NCBI GenBank assembly: GCA_039794845.1
Contig: JAUQVK010000115.1
Span: forward strand, 44,655-108,654
Direction of reading: 5' to 3'
DNA from: Thermostichus sp. DRC_bins_24
Lineage (GTDB): Bacteria > Cyanobacteriota > Cyanobacteriia > Thermostichales > Thermostichaceae
Length of the DNA stretch: 64,000 nucleotides
Part shown: positions 41,420-53,848 of the stretch, piece after piece
Layout of the letters: each line of letters starts with the position of its first letter
How positions within the stretch are numbered: the first letter of the stretch is position 1
Made by a program: the position numbers and the translations under genes
The notes under the pieces: generated by a model
What the model saw: the letters and a program-made list of their open reading frames with translations, nothing else
The model's database searches: none
What the model was told of the DNA's origin: nothing

Positions 41420-44400
41420 TTAGGATCCCTTAGAGGGAAAACCCTTCTCAGAGCCAGTTTGTGCAAGAGGCTCCCCCTCCACATACAAAGGGAACTCCAG
41501 GTAGAAACAGGTACCTGTTTCCCCTTCCCCTTCCTCGGCGGAGCAGGTCACGAAATCGACACGCCCTCCTAGCTTATCGACAATTGCTTTGCTGATGCTC
41601 AGCCCCAATCCTGTGCCTCCCTGCAAGCGTGTATTAGAGGCATCTGCCTGGGCAAACCGTTGAAAGATCTGGGAGCGGAAGGAGCGGGGGATCCCTGGTC
41701 CATGATCCTGAACAGCGAGGCGTAGCCAATCCTGCTGCCGGCTGAGCCGCAGGTCTACCGAGGCTCCTGGAGGGGAAAATTTGATGGCATTAGAGAGGAG
41801 GTTAGTCACCACCTGAGTGAGGCGGTGGCTATCGGCGCGGATCTGACAGCCTTCACAGTCGGGATCCACCTGTAGGCGCATCTGCACCCCGTAGTTCTCG
41901 GCATAGGCTTGGTTGACCTGCAAAATCTGCTCCAACAGCGGCTTCATGAGCAGCGGTCGGATCTCGAAACTGATACGCCCCGCTTCGATCTTTTCGATAT
42001 CCAAAATGTCGTTGATCAAGATCAGCAGCCGCTCGCTGTTTTTTTGGGCAATTTGCAGCAGGTTGTGCTGTTGTTCGTTCAGGGGGCCCCCCACTCCCCC
42101 CAGGATTAACCCCAGGGATCCGCGAATCGAGGTAAGGGGGGTACGCAACTCATGGCTGACCATAGAGACAAACTCGTTTTTCATGCGTTCTATTTTCTTG
42201 CTGCTGGTAATGTCTTGGAAGCTCCATACCCGCCCGGTGATGGTGCCGCGAATCCAGAGGGGCTTGGTGACTAGGTGCAAAATGCGCTGATCCAACAGCT
42301 CCAGAATAACGCTTTGGCTCATCTCCGGATGGGCCAGCAAATCCTCAACCTGAGACAGGAAAAGTTGGGGATCTTGCACCTGCTCCGCCATGTGGTGGGT
42401 GCGTTCTGCCGCCCCCTCCGGTTTGAGATGAGAGGATTCCAACTGCCACATTTGCGCAAGTAGATGATTGTACACCAAGAGATGGCCCTGCAGATCTGTC
42501 ACCAAAATGCCGTTGGTGGTTGCCTCGAGGGTGGCTTGCAGAAGAGCTAAAGAGCGCTCCAAGTCGCGGGCCGCTTGTTTGCGCTCGGTGATATCCCGCG
42601 ACACCGCCACCCGTTCTAAGGATCCACTGGGATCGATCAACAGTCGGCTGCTGGTTTCCAGCCAGACGAAATGCCCCTGCCGATGGCGTACCCGATAGAT
42701 CACCCGCGATTCGCCGTCCACCCCCGAGGCCAACGTGGGACGAAAGGCCGCTTGGATGTTGGCCAAATCTTCGGGATGCACCATATCAAAGAGGAATTTC
42801 CCCTTCAGCTCCTCCGGTCGGTAGCCGAGGATGGCCAGACAGGCGGGGGAAGCATCCAAAAAGCACCCCATTGGGTCATGGCGGGAGATCATATCCGTGG
42901 CATTTTCCGCCAGTAGCCGATAACGGGCCTCGCTCTCTCGCAGGGATTCCAGCACCACCAACCGTTCTTGGTCCAGCCGTTTGGCCTGGGTGATGTCTTC
43001 GATAATGCTGATGATGTGGGTGGGGGTATTGGCACTATCCCGCAGCAACGAGACGGCAACCCGGGTCCAAACCACATGCCCCTGTTTGTGCACAAAACGT
43101 TTCTCGTAGCGGTAGTTCTCCCGATGCCCCGCCAGCAGCTCGGCCAGGATCCCTTCCGAAAGGCCCTGATCTTCGGAATAGGTGTAGTCGGCAAAACTTA
43201 GGGTTTGTAGCTCCTGGAGTGTGTAGCCCAGCAAGTTGAGAGCAGCAGGGTTGCACTCCAAAATACGCCCGTCCAAGCTGAGGATATTGATGGCATTGGG
43301 GGCATTTTCCAGAATCGCCCTCAGGCGTTCCTCACTGGAGCGCAAAGCGGTTTCTGCTCGTTTTTGGTCGGTAAACTCCCGCACCACCGCCAAGACTTTC
43401 TCAGTGCCGCTGGGCACCATGCGCACTTCAAAGTGCCGTTCTTCCCCCTCCAAGATCAGCGGGTAGGTGTAGATCTGCTGTTGTCCGGTGCGCAGCGCCT
43501 CCTGCAGGTAAAACAGCTCTCGCTCTGCCAAATCCGGGGGCATAATATCGGGGATGCTCAGCCCCTGGATCTCGTCCATATTGGCCAAGACCGGGAAGCC
43601 CACCGGCTGCCTCACCATGTTCAGGTAGTGGCCTTCGGCGCTGATCCACAGCATCAGGTCGGGAATGGCTTGGATGATCGCCTGCTTTTCCGCCTCGCTC
43701 TGGCGTAGGGCGGCTTCGGCCTGCTTAGCCTCTGAAATATCCTCCAAGACTGAGACGGCAAACTGGGGCTGCCCCCGGGGATCCCGCACCAAACTGATGG
43801 TGAGGCGTCCCCAAAATTGGCTGCCATCCTTGCGTAGGTAGCGTTTTTCCAGTCTATAGAAGGAAATTTTGCCGGCTACCAGCTGCTGGAACAGCTCCTG
43901 ATCTGTTTGCAGATCGTCAGGATGAGTGTAGTCGGCGAAGTTCATGTGCAGCAGCTCATCCTGGCTGTAGCCGTGCATGCGCTGAGCGGCGGGATTAATG
44001 CTGAACAGGTTCCCCTTCAAATCCGTGAGGCCAATGCCGACGCTGGCCTGCTCGATCAGAGCTTGTAGGGGATAGGGGCTGTTTCGCAGCGCCTCTGCAT
44101 CTGGGGGATCCCCTGAGGGGGAGTCCAACCCAAGGGCTGTACCACACAGACCCCAGTGGGGGCTTTCCGGCAGGGGCAAGGGGGCAGCAGTCCAAGTCAG
44201 GGGATGATAGTCGCCATCGTGGGCGCGTACTCGTCCGACAAAGGTGATGGTACGGTTCGCCCTAGGGGCTGAGGAGGTGGGGGATCCGTGATTTTGCCGG
44301 AGCTCATCCCATTTGGCTTGGATCTGGGGGCGATCTTCGGGATGCAGGAGCTCCAGAAGGGGTTGCCCTTGTAAGCGCTGTGGGGAGTAGCCCAGATGAT

Positions 44401-44527
44401 GTTCCCAGGTGCTGTTCAAATGCAGAATTTGCCCGTTGTCATCAATGGCCCAGAGCAGACCGGGACAGTGTTCAAAAAATTGCTCGAACGGGACGGGGGT
44501 CATGCTTGATCTCGGACTTTGTTTCAT
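41420..44527 (-). CDS. Cytoplasmic multi-PAS histidine kinase
   Basis: About six PAS/PAC units; SHELRTPL, NLLSNAIKF, DHGPGI, GGTGLGL; start uncertain. Confidence 0.93.
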   Translation of the reverse strand: MKQSPRSSMTPVPFEQFFEHCPGLLWAIDDNGQILHLNSTWEHHLGYSPQRLQGQPLLELLHPEDRPQIQAKWDELRQNHGSPTSSAPRANRTITFVGRVRAHDGDYHPLTWTAAPLPLPESPHWGLCGTALGLDSPSGDPPDAEALRNSPYPLQALIEQASVGIGLTDLKGNLFSINPAAQRMHGYSQDELLHMNFADYTHPDDLQTDQELFQQLVAGKISFYRLEKRYLRKDGSQFWGRLTISLVRDPRGQPQFAVSVLEDISEAKQAEAALRQSEAEKQAIIQAIPDLMLWISAEGHYLNMVRQPVGFPVLANMDEIQGLSIPDIMPPDLAERELFYLQEALRTGQQQIYTYPLILEGEERHFEVRMVPSGTEKVLAVVREFTDQKRAETALRSSEERLRAILENAPNAINILSLDGRILECNPAALNLLGYTLQELQTLSFADYTYSEDQGLSEGILAELLAGHRENYRYEKRFVHKQGHVVWTRVAVSLLRDSANTPTHIISIIEDITQAKRLDQERLVVLESLRESEARYRLLAENATDMISRHDPMGCFLDASPACLAILGYRPEELKGKFLFDMVHPEDLANIQAAFRPTLASGVDGESRVIYRVRHRQGHFVWLETSSRLLIDPSGSLERVAVSRDITERKQAARDLERSLALLQATLEATTNGILVTDLQGHLLVYNHLLAQMWQLESSHLKPEGAAERTHHMAEQVQDPQLFLSQVEDLLAHPEMSQSVILELLDQRILHLVTKPLWIRGTITGRVWSFQDITSSKKIERMKNEFVSMVSHELRTPLTSIRGSLGLILGGVGGPLNEQQHNLLQIAQKNSERLLILINDILDIEKIEAGRISFEIRPLLMKPLLEQILQVNQAYAENYGVQMRLQVDPDCEGCQIRADSHRLTQVVTNLLSNAIKFSPPGASVDLRLSRQQDWLRLAVQDHGPGIPRSFRSQIFQRFAQADASNTRLQGGTGLGLSISKAIVDKLGGRVDFVTCSAEEGEGETGTCFYLEFPLYVEGEPLAQTGSEKGFPSKGS

Positions 44528-44639
44528 GGTAACGAACCCCTTTTTCAACACTTCACCTGGCAGTCTGGGTAGGGGGAACGTTGGCTGAAGAAGAAATCTA
44601 GAGAGGAACATAGATTAAAGAAAAATTGGCCCAGAGGCA

Positions 44640-45257
44640 TCAATCAAAATCCGTCGGCCACTCGGGATGGCGGTAGTGCTCGAAAAGGCGGGCGATCTGG
44701 GCTGGGGTCACGCGGGGTAGCGAGAGAGGGGGCAACTGATGCTCCGAGAAAAACTCGACGCCATCGGTTTCTAAGCTGTTGGCGGGGGATCCGCCGATGA
44801 GCTGACACTGGAAAAACAGCTTGTAGGAGTAGTCCTGGTAGGCGGGGTGATTGTGGCGGCTTTTGTCGTAGACCGCCAGCAATTTTACCGCCTTGGCCCG
44901 ATAGCCGGATTCTTCCCACACCTCCCGCTCCACTGCCTCGCTGGGGGAATCCCCCACATCCGCCCACCCCCCCGGCAGCGTCCAGCGGCCATCGATGCGC
45001 TCTTTCACCAGCAGAATTTGATCCTCCCGAAAGACGGCGGCCCGCACATCCACCTTCGGTGTAGCGTAGCCCAGCTCCCGTTCAAACCCTTGTAAAAGCT
45101 TTTCCGGTTCTAGGTCGGTGTGTTGGGCAAGCATCTGGGCGGCAATCTGGCGCAGCTTCTGGTAGCGCTCGATATCAAAGGGGTTTTGGCTGTAGGTGAG
45201 ACCGTTCTGGGCAATGGCCTGCAGTTGTTGGGCCCAGGTCAACCAATGCGCACTCAT
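44640..45257 (-). CDS. NUDIX hydrolase (YjhB/ADP-ribose pyrophosphatase-like)
   Basis: GYATPKVDVR, Nudix box PGGWADVGDSPSEAVEREVWEESG. Confidence 0.92.
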   Translation of the reverse strand: MSAHWLTWAQQLQAIAQNGLTYSQNPFDIERYQKLRQIAAQMLAQHTDLEPEKLLQGFERELGYATPKVDVRAAVFREDQILLVKERIDGRWTLPGGWADVGDSPSEAVEREVWEESGYRAKAVKLLAVYDKSRHNHPAYQDYSYKLFFQCQLIGGSPANSLETDGVEFFSEHQLPPLSLPRVTPAQIARLFEHYRHPEWPTDFD

Positions 45258-45322
45258 GCGGGATCCGACTCGATGTCTCTACCATAGACTGGATCCCACC
45301 CGAAGCTGAGGCCACCGCTCCC

Positions 45323-46754
<1,432 letters not shown>

Positions 46755-46757
46755 TCC

Positions 46758-47468
46758 ATGAAGCCTCTACCCACGGTGATTCTGCCCGGCTACCTGGCCG
46801 CAGCCCGCGAGTACGAACCCATGCGGGCAAACTTGGAGGCGCGGGGCTACCCCTGTCGGGTGGTGCCGTTGCAGGTGCGCAGTTGGCTACCGACGGTGGG
46901 AGGAAGGCCCATCACCCCCATTTTGCGGGTGCTTCAGACCACCATCCGACAAACCCGGCAAGAGTTCGGTACCGAACAGGTGAACCTTGTCGCCCACTCC
47001 GCCGGCGGCTGGATTGCTCGCATCTACCTGGGATCCGTGCCCTACTGGGGACAGGTGTGGCAAGGGCGGGATCAGGTCGCCACGTTGATCAGTCTCGGAT
47101 CCCCCCATATCAGCCGGGAACGCTGGACAAGACGCAATTTGACCTTTGTCAACGAGCACTATCCGGGGGCCTTTTGGCCACAGGTGAAGTACGTTTGTGT
47201 GGCGGGCAAGGTGATCCAGGGGCGGCGCTTGGGTGTGGGATCCCTGTGGAGACAGGAAAATTACCTGACTTGGCTAGCCTACAACAGCTATTTGCTCACT
47301 GCCGGAGACGGAGAACTTTGGGGGGATGGCATCACGCCAATCGAGGCAGCCCATTTACCGGGAGCGATCAACTTAACCGTGGCCGACTGCCATCACTCCG
47401 GTCGCGGTGGGCGGCGTTGGTACGGCACAGCCGAGGTTGTAGAAGAGTGGGTTCCGTATTTGGCCTAG
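46758..47468 (+). CDS. Alpha/beta hydrolase (esterase/lipase-like)
   Basis: AHSAGG nucleophile elbow, LGSPH, GDGITP. Confidence 0.85.
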   Translation: MKPLPTVILPGYLAAAREYEPMRANLEARGYPCRVVPLQVRSWLPTVGGRPITPILRVLQTTIRQTRQEFGTEQVNLVAHSAGGWIARIYLGSVPYWGQVWQGRDQVATLISLGSPHISRERWTRRNLTFVNEHYPGAFWPQVKYVCVAGKVIQGRRLGVGSLWRQENYLTWLAYNSYLLTAGDGELWGDGITPIEAAHLPGAINLTVADCHHSGRGGRRWYGTAEVVEEWVPYLA

Positions 47469-47499
47469 CCGAAATTGCGAATGGATCGGCTCCGAAGAG

Positions 47500-48063
47500 T
47501 TATCGCCTGTCCAGCTTGAGCCAGGCAAAGAGTTGTGCGGCTGTCAGCTGCAAGTGAACTCCCTCTAGCATTGGCAGTTGCCGATCCCCTCTGCACACAT
47601 CGGGCTCTTGGTGGGGAGTAAAAGTGAGAACAGAATCATCGTCGGGGTCGATCATCCACCCCAGCCGACAGCCGTGCTTAATGCAGTGTAAAAGGTTGTC
47701 GATGACGCGATTGGCCTTCTGATCGGGCGAAAGGATTTCTATTGACCAATCAGGAGCTGCGAGAAAATCATCCTCTGGCTCTCCTGTCTCATCCACCGGG
47801 ATGCGATTCCAGGCAACGACAGCAACATCAGGGACAATCGACCGTCCGGCAAAAGTACACCGCAGTTCTGGCAGGGCTGTATAGGTTTTGCTATGCCCAT
47901 CAATCTCTGCCAACAGACGCTTCCGCAGAAGGGAATGTCGTGTTTTGGGCATTGGCTTTTGCACGGCAATCCCATCGATGTATTCCCATGCTGGAGATGC
48001 CTCTAAATCGGGACGCTTGAGAAAGTCTTCGAGGGTCGGCGTTTGGGTAAAAGAGGCAGTCAT
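47500..48063 (-). CDS. Uma2-family (DUF820) putative endonuclease
   Basis: WEYIDG, KPMP..H, PELRC, VPDV, PDWSIEILSPDQ. Confidence 0.92.
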   Translation of the reverse strand: MTASFTQTPTLEDFLKRPDLEASPAWEYIDGIAVQKPMPKTRHSLLRKRLLAEIDGHSKTYTALPELRCTFAGRSIVPDVAVVAWNRIPVDETGEPEDDFLAAPDWSIEILSPDQKANRVIDNLLHCIKHGCRLGWMIDPDDDSVLTFTPHQEPDVCRGDRQLPMLEGVHLQLTAAQLFAWLKLDRR

Positions 48064-48086
48064 GATTTCGACTCAGGGCCTCTGCT

Positions 48087-48806
48087 TTAGCTCTTGGGTT
48101 CGCTGGGATCGGCGATCGGCGTTTCCGGCAAAGTGGCGGTCGATTGTCGGCGTTCCTGTTGGCGACGGGCTGCTTTCACCATTTCCTCAACCACAGCCCG
48201 CGCTTGCTTCATGCGATCCAAACTGTTGCGGTAAAGCTCCAGATCTTTTTTGACTCTCTCGACCGAAAAGGGCAGTTTGCCCACCACATCTTCCAAAAAG
48301 CGACGGGTACGCTCCTCCGGATCCCCGTAGAGGGGAATGGCCACAACTTCATAGGCAGTGTAAAGGCCAACCGCCAAAACCCGGCTGTAGGCGTAGGGGG
48401 GCTGGGTCATGCGCTCTAAGATGGCTTTCAAGCCACCTACATCTTCTGCCTCAGGCCTAAGGCAGAGAAGGTTTAATCGTTGGCTAGGATCCCCGCTCCG
48501 CATCAAGTCCAGCAGATCGCGGGCATTTTTGCGCAACACCTCCGGCTTCAGTTGCAGGGCTTTACAGAGAGCGTTGAAAATGCCTTCTCGTTGCTCGGGG
48601 GGTTGGTAAGCCTCCATCAGCCCGTCGTAAATCGTCACCAGTCCCAGGGCAAAAAAGGGATCATAAACAAAGGTGCTGTTGACGGTGGCCAGGTGCAACT
48701 CCACCAGCAACTCCTCCACCACCCGACGGTACACGGCGTTGATCGGGCGAGGGTAGGCGCTGAAGAAGGCGGCTTTGCTGGCGGAGAGGGTGCGGACAGA
48801 ATTCAC
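48087..48806 (-). CDS. psb29: Photosystem II biogenesis protein Psb29/Thf1
   Basis: RTLSASKAAF, YRRVVEELLVELHL, YSRVLAVGL, KDLELYR. Confidence 0.93.
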   Translation of the reverse strand: MNSVRTLSASKAAFFSAYPRPINAVYRRVVEELLVELHLATVNSTFVYDPFFALGLVTIYDGLMEAYQPPEQREGIFNALCKALQLKPEVLRKNARDLLDLMRSGDPSQRLNLLCLRPEAEDVGGLKAILERMTQPPYAYSRVLAVGLYTAYEVVAIPLYGDPEERTRRFLEDVVGKLPFSVERVKKDLELYRNSLDRMKQARAVVEEMVKAARRQQERRQSTATLPETPIADPSEPKS

Positions 48807-48960
48807 AGGCAGAGGGATAGGGTGGACTGCAGATGATGTTCATTAGTTCTCATTCTCCCTTGTGGCGACCCCGACAGCAAGCAAGCGTGGCCCACCCGTG
48901 TCCCGGCTCCGCTATCGTGGGATATTGGGTGGGCTGGGATCCCCCAAGGGTGGTGGGGTA

Positions 48961-50076
48961 ATGGCGGCAACCGAAGTGACGGTGGTGGTGAAGATCGGCA
49001 CCTCTAGCCTGACGGATGCTCAGAGCGGCTCGTTGCGACTTTCGGTTTTGGGGCCTTTGGTGGAGGTGCTGACCCGCCTGCGAAGCCAAGGGTATGCGGT
49101 GATTTTGGTCTCTTCAGGAGCGGTGGGGGTGGGCTGTGCCCGCTTGGGGTTGCGGCAGCGACCGACGGCCATTGCGGAAAAACAAGCGGTTGCGGCGGTC
49201 GGGCAGGGGCGGTTGATGCGTCTTTACGATGATCTGTTCTCGGCTTTGAACCAGCCCATCGCCCAGGTTTTGCTCACCCGTGCCGATTTGGTGGAGCGCA
49301 GCCGCTATGTCAATGCCAATCGCACCTTTGCCCAACTTTTGCAAATGGGGGTGATCCCCATCGTCAACGAAAACGACACGGTGGCGGTGGAGGAGCTGAA
49401 ATTTGGGGATAACGACTCTCTCTCGGCGCTGGTGGCCAGCATGGTGCAGGCGCGATGGCTGATTTTGCTGACGGATGTGGACAAACTCTATTCGGCTGAT
49501 CCCCATCGGGATCCCTCGGCAGAGCCCATCGAACGGGTGTTGCGCGGGATCCCTTTGCAGGTGAAGGCGGAGGTGCAGGGGAAAAGTGGTTGGGGCACCG
49601 GCGGCATGGCCACGAAATTGACCGCCGCTCAAATTGCCACCGCCGCAGGGGTAACGGTGGTGATCACCAATGGCAAACGGCCAGAACAGATCCCGGCGAT
49701 TTTGGCGGGAGAGGCGATCGGTACCCGCTTTGATCCCGCGCCACAACCCGCCAGTGCCCGCAAGCGCTGGATTGCCTACGGGCTAGTTCCTGAGGGATCC
49801 CTGACTTTGGATGCGGGGGCGGTACGAGCCGTGTGTGAGCAGGGGCGCTCTCTCTTGCCGGCCGGGGTTACGGCCATCTCCGGAGAGTTTGAGGCAGGGG
49901 CAGCCGTGCGCTTGTGCGATCCCAGTGGGCGGGAGGTGGCGCGGGGTTTGGTGAACTACAGTGCCGACGAGTTGCGGCAAATCAAGGGCAAAAAAACCGC
50001 CGAGATCCCGCATATTTTGGGCTATGAGGGAGTCGATACCGCCATTCACCGCGACAATTTGGCCCTGCTGGACTGA
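48961..50076 (+). CDS. proB: Glutamate 5-kinase
   Basis: [31 protein letters not shown] domain. Confidence 0.97.
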   Translation: MAATEVTVVVKIGTSSLTDAQSGSLRLSVLGPLVEVLTRLRSQGYAVILVSSGAVGVGCARLGLRQRPTAIAEKQAVAAVGQGRLMRLYDDLFSALNQPIAQVLLTRADLVERSRYVNANRTFAQLLQMGVIPIVNENDTVAVEELKFGDNDSLSALVASMVQARWLILLTDVDKLYSADPHRDPSAEPIERVLRGIPLQVKAEVQGKSGWGTGGMATKLTAAQIATAAGVTVVITNGKRPEQIPAILAGEAIGTRFDPAPQPASARKRWIAYGLVPEGSLTLDAGAVRAVCEQGRSLLPAGVTAISGEFEAGAAVRLCDPSGREVARGLVNYSADELRQIKGKKTAEIPHILGYEGVDTAIHRDNLALLD

Positions 50077-50083
50077 GTGCCCT

Positions 50084-51208
50084 TCACTCCTCCAACTGCC
50101 AGGGATCCTGAGCCACGACTTCATCCAAAATCCGAGGGGGGCGTACCGCCATCAATACCTGGCCCAGCAAAGAGGACTGGGAGGGCTCTTCCAGCCACTC
50201 CACCATCAGGGATCCGCCCCGGTCCACCACGAAAAACCCTGCCGTTTGGGAGCTTGGGCCGGAGGCCTCCGGCCATTCCCGCACCGCCCGATCGATTACC
50301 AGCAGCACCGGATCCTGCTCTTCGCCCGTCGGCACCTGCAACCCCAACAGGGATCCCAAAAACGCATTTTCCACCTGAAGCACCACCGGATCCCCGGCAT
50401 TTTGAATCACCGACCAGGAAGGCAAAGCTACCCAAGTCTGCTGAGCCGGGCTGTTGACCCAGCGAAAAGGCCCCTGCGGCTCACTCGCGGGGAGCTGTTC
50501 CCATACCGCAGTGGGTAAGGGTAGGGATCCCACCACCGGCAGCAGGCGGGGCAGATCTTCTTCCAACCGAAATACAGACAGCTTGGGCAACCTCTTCCGT
50601 TGCAAGCCACCAGCGGAACTGGCCGCAACCGTGGACAAGAGCTGCTCAATGTGTCGGCGGGCTTCATCGCTGTGGACGTACTGAAACGCTCGACCAATGG
50701 CCCGGGTACGCTCTTGTACATCCCGGGTTTGCCGGGCGGTTTTCCAGGCTTGATAGGCCACGGCATCGCCGGGGTGATCCGTAAACCCTTCTGGGAGCTG
50801 CTGCAGTTGGGCGTAGTTTTTCACGGCACGGGCGATCTCGTGGGCATCGTCGGCATTCAGGTTGCGACTGAGGATCAGTTCCGCCACCCGGAGGCGATCC
50901 TTTTGGGAGAGTATGCGCAACTCGTAGAGGATATCGCTGCCTTTGCGGCCAAAATACTCCAAGACTGCGGGGCTGGCTCCTGTTTTAGCCATGCCTTGGT
51001 AAACCTGGGCTCCGACAATGATTTGGTTCTGGTGAATCGGCTCAAATCCGGTTGCTTCAAAAATGGCCTGTGGGGTCATGTTCTGTCGTTGCAAGGCTTG
51101 ACAAGCTTCTGCCCAATCCAGCCAGCTACCCTCCTTGCGTCGCAGTCGCGTTAACAATGTCTCGGGATCCTCCCCCACAGCAGGGTTTTCCGGCTCGTAC
51201 TGACTCAT
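50084..51208 (-). CDS. raf1: RuBisCO accumulation factor 1
   Basis: LRRKEGSWLDW, FEATGFEPIHQNQIIV, FTDHPGDAVA, C-terminal WQLEE. Confidence 0.93.
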   Translation of the reverse strand: MSQYEPENPAVGEDPETLLTRLRRKEGSWLDWAEACQALQRQNMTPQAIFEATGFEPIHQNQIIVGAQVYQGMAKTGASPAVLEYFGRKGSDILYELRILSQKDRLRVAELILSRNLNADDAHEIARAVKNYAQLQQLPEGFTDHPGDAVAYQAWKTARQTRDVQERTRAIGRAFQYVHSDEARRHIEQLLSTVAASSAGGLQRKRLPKLSVFRLEEDLPRLLPVVGSLPLPTAVWEQLPASEPQGPFRWVNSPAQQTWVALPSWSVIQNAGDPVVLQVENAFLGSLLGLQVPTGEEQDPVLLVIDRAVREWPEASGPSSQTAGFFVVDRGGSLMVEWLEEPSQSSLLGQVLMAVRPPRILDEVVAQDPWQLEE

Positions 51209-51321
51209 CAAGGGTTTTCCTGACTGCACAATGCTGAGCTCCTGTTCCTTGAGAGGATGGGTAGCAGGGGCTAGGTAACAATTTTAAGGCGGTTTCGGTG
51301 AAGCCGGGGTCGGGATCCCGT

Positions 51322-53262
51322 TCACCCGTCATCACAGTAGATAGGGGCAGGGGTGGGATCCTTCAGCTGAAGCTGGTTCATATCCAGTTGCCAGAGTTCT
51401 GAGCGTTGTGGATCCCCGGCTTTGGGCACTTGCAACCAAACCCGTCCCCGCTGCCCCACCTGCAACACCTCTGCTTTAGCGGGCAAAGCCAATTTGGCCA
51501 AGGGATCCCCACCTTCGCTGTACAGCCAAAGGGAGCAAGAACCCATCCCCTCATCCCGACAGAGGAGCAACACTCCCCAAGGGGCTTTCACAATCTGGGC
51601 CGGCGGCTCTTTCAAAAACCAGTGGCGCACCCGCAGCGGCTCCACCTGCACCGAGCAGAGACAGGAACCGGTTTTCGTCCCCAACCCCGCCAACCTGGCA
51701 TTCTCGGCCTCGACGAAGAGCAACTGTTCCTCAAGGCTGACGGCTTTTGCTGTCGAATCCAAAGGTAGGCGATAGATTATCGGCTGGGATCCCGTTTTGG
51801 GATCCAAACCCGCTTGATCTGTTGCCAGAGGCAGCAGGCACAGATCCAAAGTCTGGCCGGGATGGGTGGAAAGCAACACCAGATGGTTTGCCAGCGCCAA
51901 CAACTTGGGCACCGCTTCCTTCCGGCCCGGTTGCCGAGACTTGAGATCCCAACGGAAGTAACGATGGGAATCTGGAAACGGGATTGCTTGGCCGGAGGTC
52001 GGAAAGGGAGGGTGCAGTTGAATGGATCCCAACTCTGTTGCTGTTGCCCAAAACAACTCCTGTCGCTCCGTCAGCCAAGTGGCCTGCCAATCCTCTTCAA
52101 AGCTGAGCAGGGTACGCAGGCGGCTGGGGCTGAGGTGCAGGATGCTGCTTTTGGAGAGGGCCAGAACTTCGGGGCAGGTGGCCAAGGGCAACAACCAATG
52201 GAGCGGTTCGGCGAGCGAGAAAGCCGACAAAGCAGGGGATCCCACCGATAGGCTCTGCAGCTCTAACCATTCCACCGTCTTTGGGGTGGCCCGCAACACC
52301 ATCGGGGATCCCGAGCCGTCGGGATCTTCGCAGATGCAAATCTGTTGCTTGGGTTCAGGGCTTTGAGCAGGGAGCTCCCAAACCTGTGCCACAGGGGGCG
52401 ACAACGTGGGCAACCGCGGGCCAACCCAACAACTGTCCGGCTCCTGCCACTCCTGGGCAAAAGCCGCCAGGGCCGAACGCATTTGCGCAGCGGTGCGAAA
52501 CCGCCGCGGGGGCAACTTGCGCAGCGACAGCTCCAACAGCGCTTGCAAGGGTGCCGGGATCTCCAGCGGACAAACAAAACGTTGGTTCAAATGGGCGTGC
52601 ATCAACTGGCTTGGGGATCCGGAAAAAGGGCGCTGGCCCGTCAGCAGTTCCACCAGGATGATCCCGACCGCGTACAGATCGGAGGCAGGGCTGAAATGCC
52701 CATAAAACCGCTCTGGGGCCATATAGGCCGGGGAGCCGGTGGCGGTGATCTCTCCGGGGATGGGGTCCGGGTGGCGGGCGATGCCAAAATCCGTCAGCTT
52801 CAGCTGCCAGCCCTGGGGGGTGGGTTTGAGCAAGATATTCTCAGGCTTGACATCGCAATGGATCACCCCCTGCTGGTGAGCATGAGCCAACCCGGCCAGA
52901 ATTTGATCGGCAAAACCCAAAACCTGCCTTACCGGCAGCCACAGCCCCTGTTCCACCTGGTTGATCAGATCGCGCAGGGTGCCCCCTTCGCAGTACTCCA
53001 GCACCAGATAGCGACCTTCGCGGGCATGTTCGAGGGCGTAGCAGCGGGTGATGTTGGGATGGTTCAGGGTGAGTAGGTAACGCAGCTCCCGCAGCAAATT
53101 GTGGGTGGGGAAGCGCTGGGCTTGTAGCTCCTTCAAGGCCACCAACTCCCCCCCCTGCCGGGGACGGGCACAAAACACGCGACCATACTGCCCTTGGCCG
53201 GCCAAACCCAAAAGCTGGTAAGTATCGTGAATGGATTTGTTGGTACGAGCACGTCGGGACAC
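51322..53262 (-). CDS. Ser/Thr protein kinase with a C-terminal domain of unknown function
   Basis: GQGQYG, VALK, HCDVKPEN, DFG, YMAPE. Confidence 0.92.
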   Translation of the reverse strand: MSRRARTNKSIHDTYQLLGLAGQGQYGRVFCARPRQGGELVALKELQAQRFPTHNLLRELRYLLTLNHPNITRCYALEHAREGRYLVLEYCEGGTLRDLINQVEQGLWLPVRQVLGFADQILAGLAHAHQQGVIHCDVKPENILLKPTPQGWQLKLTDFGIARHPDPIPGEITATGSPAYMAPERFYGHFSPASDLYAVGIILVELLTGQRPFSGSPSQLMHAHLNQRFVCPLEIPAPLQALLELSLRKLPPRRFRTAAQMRSALAAFAQEWQEPDSCWVGPRLPTLSPPVAQVWELPAQSPEPKQQICICEDPDGSGSPMVLRATPKTVEWLELQSLSVGSPALSAFSLAEPLHWLLPLATCPEVLALSKSSILHLSPSRLRTLLSFEEDWQATWLTERQELFWATATELGSIQLHPPFPTSGQAIPFPDSHRYFRWDLKSRQPGRKEAVPKLLALANHLVLLSTHPGQTLDLCLLPLATDQAGLDPKTGSQPIIYRLPLDSTAKAVSLEEQLLFVEAENARLAGLGTKTGSCLCSVQVEPLRVRHWFLKEPPAQIVKAPWGVLLLCRDEGMGSCSLWLYSEGGDPLAKLALPAKAEVLQVGQRGRVWLQVPKAGDPQRSELWQLDMNQLQLKDPTPAPIYCDDG

Positions 53263-53368
53263 AGCCCAAGCCCAAGGGGAATGAGTAGCAGTTTAATCCC
53301 TGCCAGGGATCCCTGACATCGGGAAGCCCGCGGCTCGAGGGTTGCTCCTCTGGCTGAGGTTAGGGCAT

Positions 53369-53833
53369 TCAGGCCGTGGTCAGCTGCCGGAGCAGATCCG
53401 CCGCATGGGTTTCCACCTTAATTTTGTTGAAAATGGCCTCGATTTTGCCCATCGGGTCGATAACAAAGGTGGTGCGATGAATGCCGTTGTAGGTTTTACC
53501 CATGAATTTCTTGGGGCCGAACACCCCGTAAGCCGTAGCCACCTGCGCCCCTTCATCCACCAGCAAAGGAAAAGGGAGCCCGAACTTTTGGGCAAATTTT
53601 TGATGGGAACGAGCATCGTCTGCACTCACCCCCAATACGCGGATCCCCTGTGCCTGATAGTCCGCGTAGACATCCCGAAAACCGCAGGCCTCCTTGGTAC
53701 AGCCGGGGGTATTGTCACGGGGGTAAAAGTAGAGCACCACCCGCTGGCCTCGCAGGTCACTTAAGCAAACAAGATTGCCTTCCGCATCCGGCAAAGTAAA
53801 GTCAGGGGCGGGATCCCCAACCGCAAGGGTCAT
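53369..53833 (-). CDS. bcp: Peroxiredoxin Q / BCP
   Basis: YFYPRDNTPGCTKEACGFRD. Confidence 0.95.
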   Translation of the reverse strand: MTLAVGDPAPDFTLPDAEGNLVCLSDLRGQRVVLYFYPRDNTPGCTKEACGFRDVYADYQAQGIRVLGVSADDARSHQKFAQKFGLPFPLLVDEGAQVATAYGVFGPKKFMGKTYNGIHRTTFVIDPMGKIEAIFNKIKVETHAADLLRQLTTA

Positions 53834-53848
53834 GGATGGGATCCCTCC

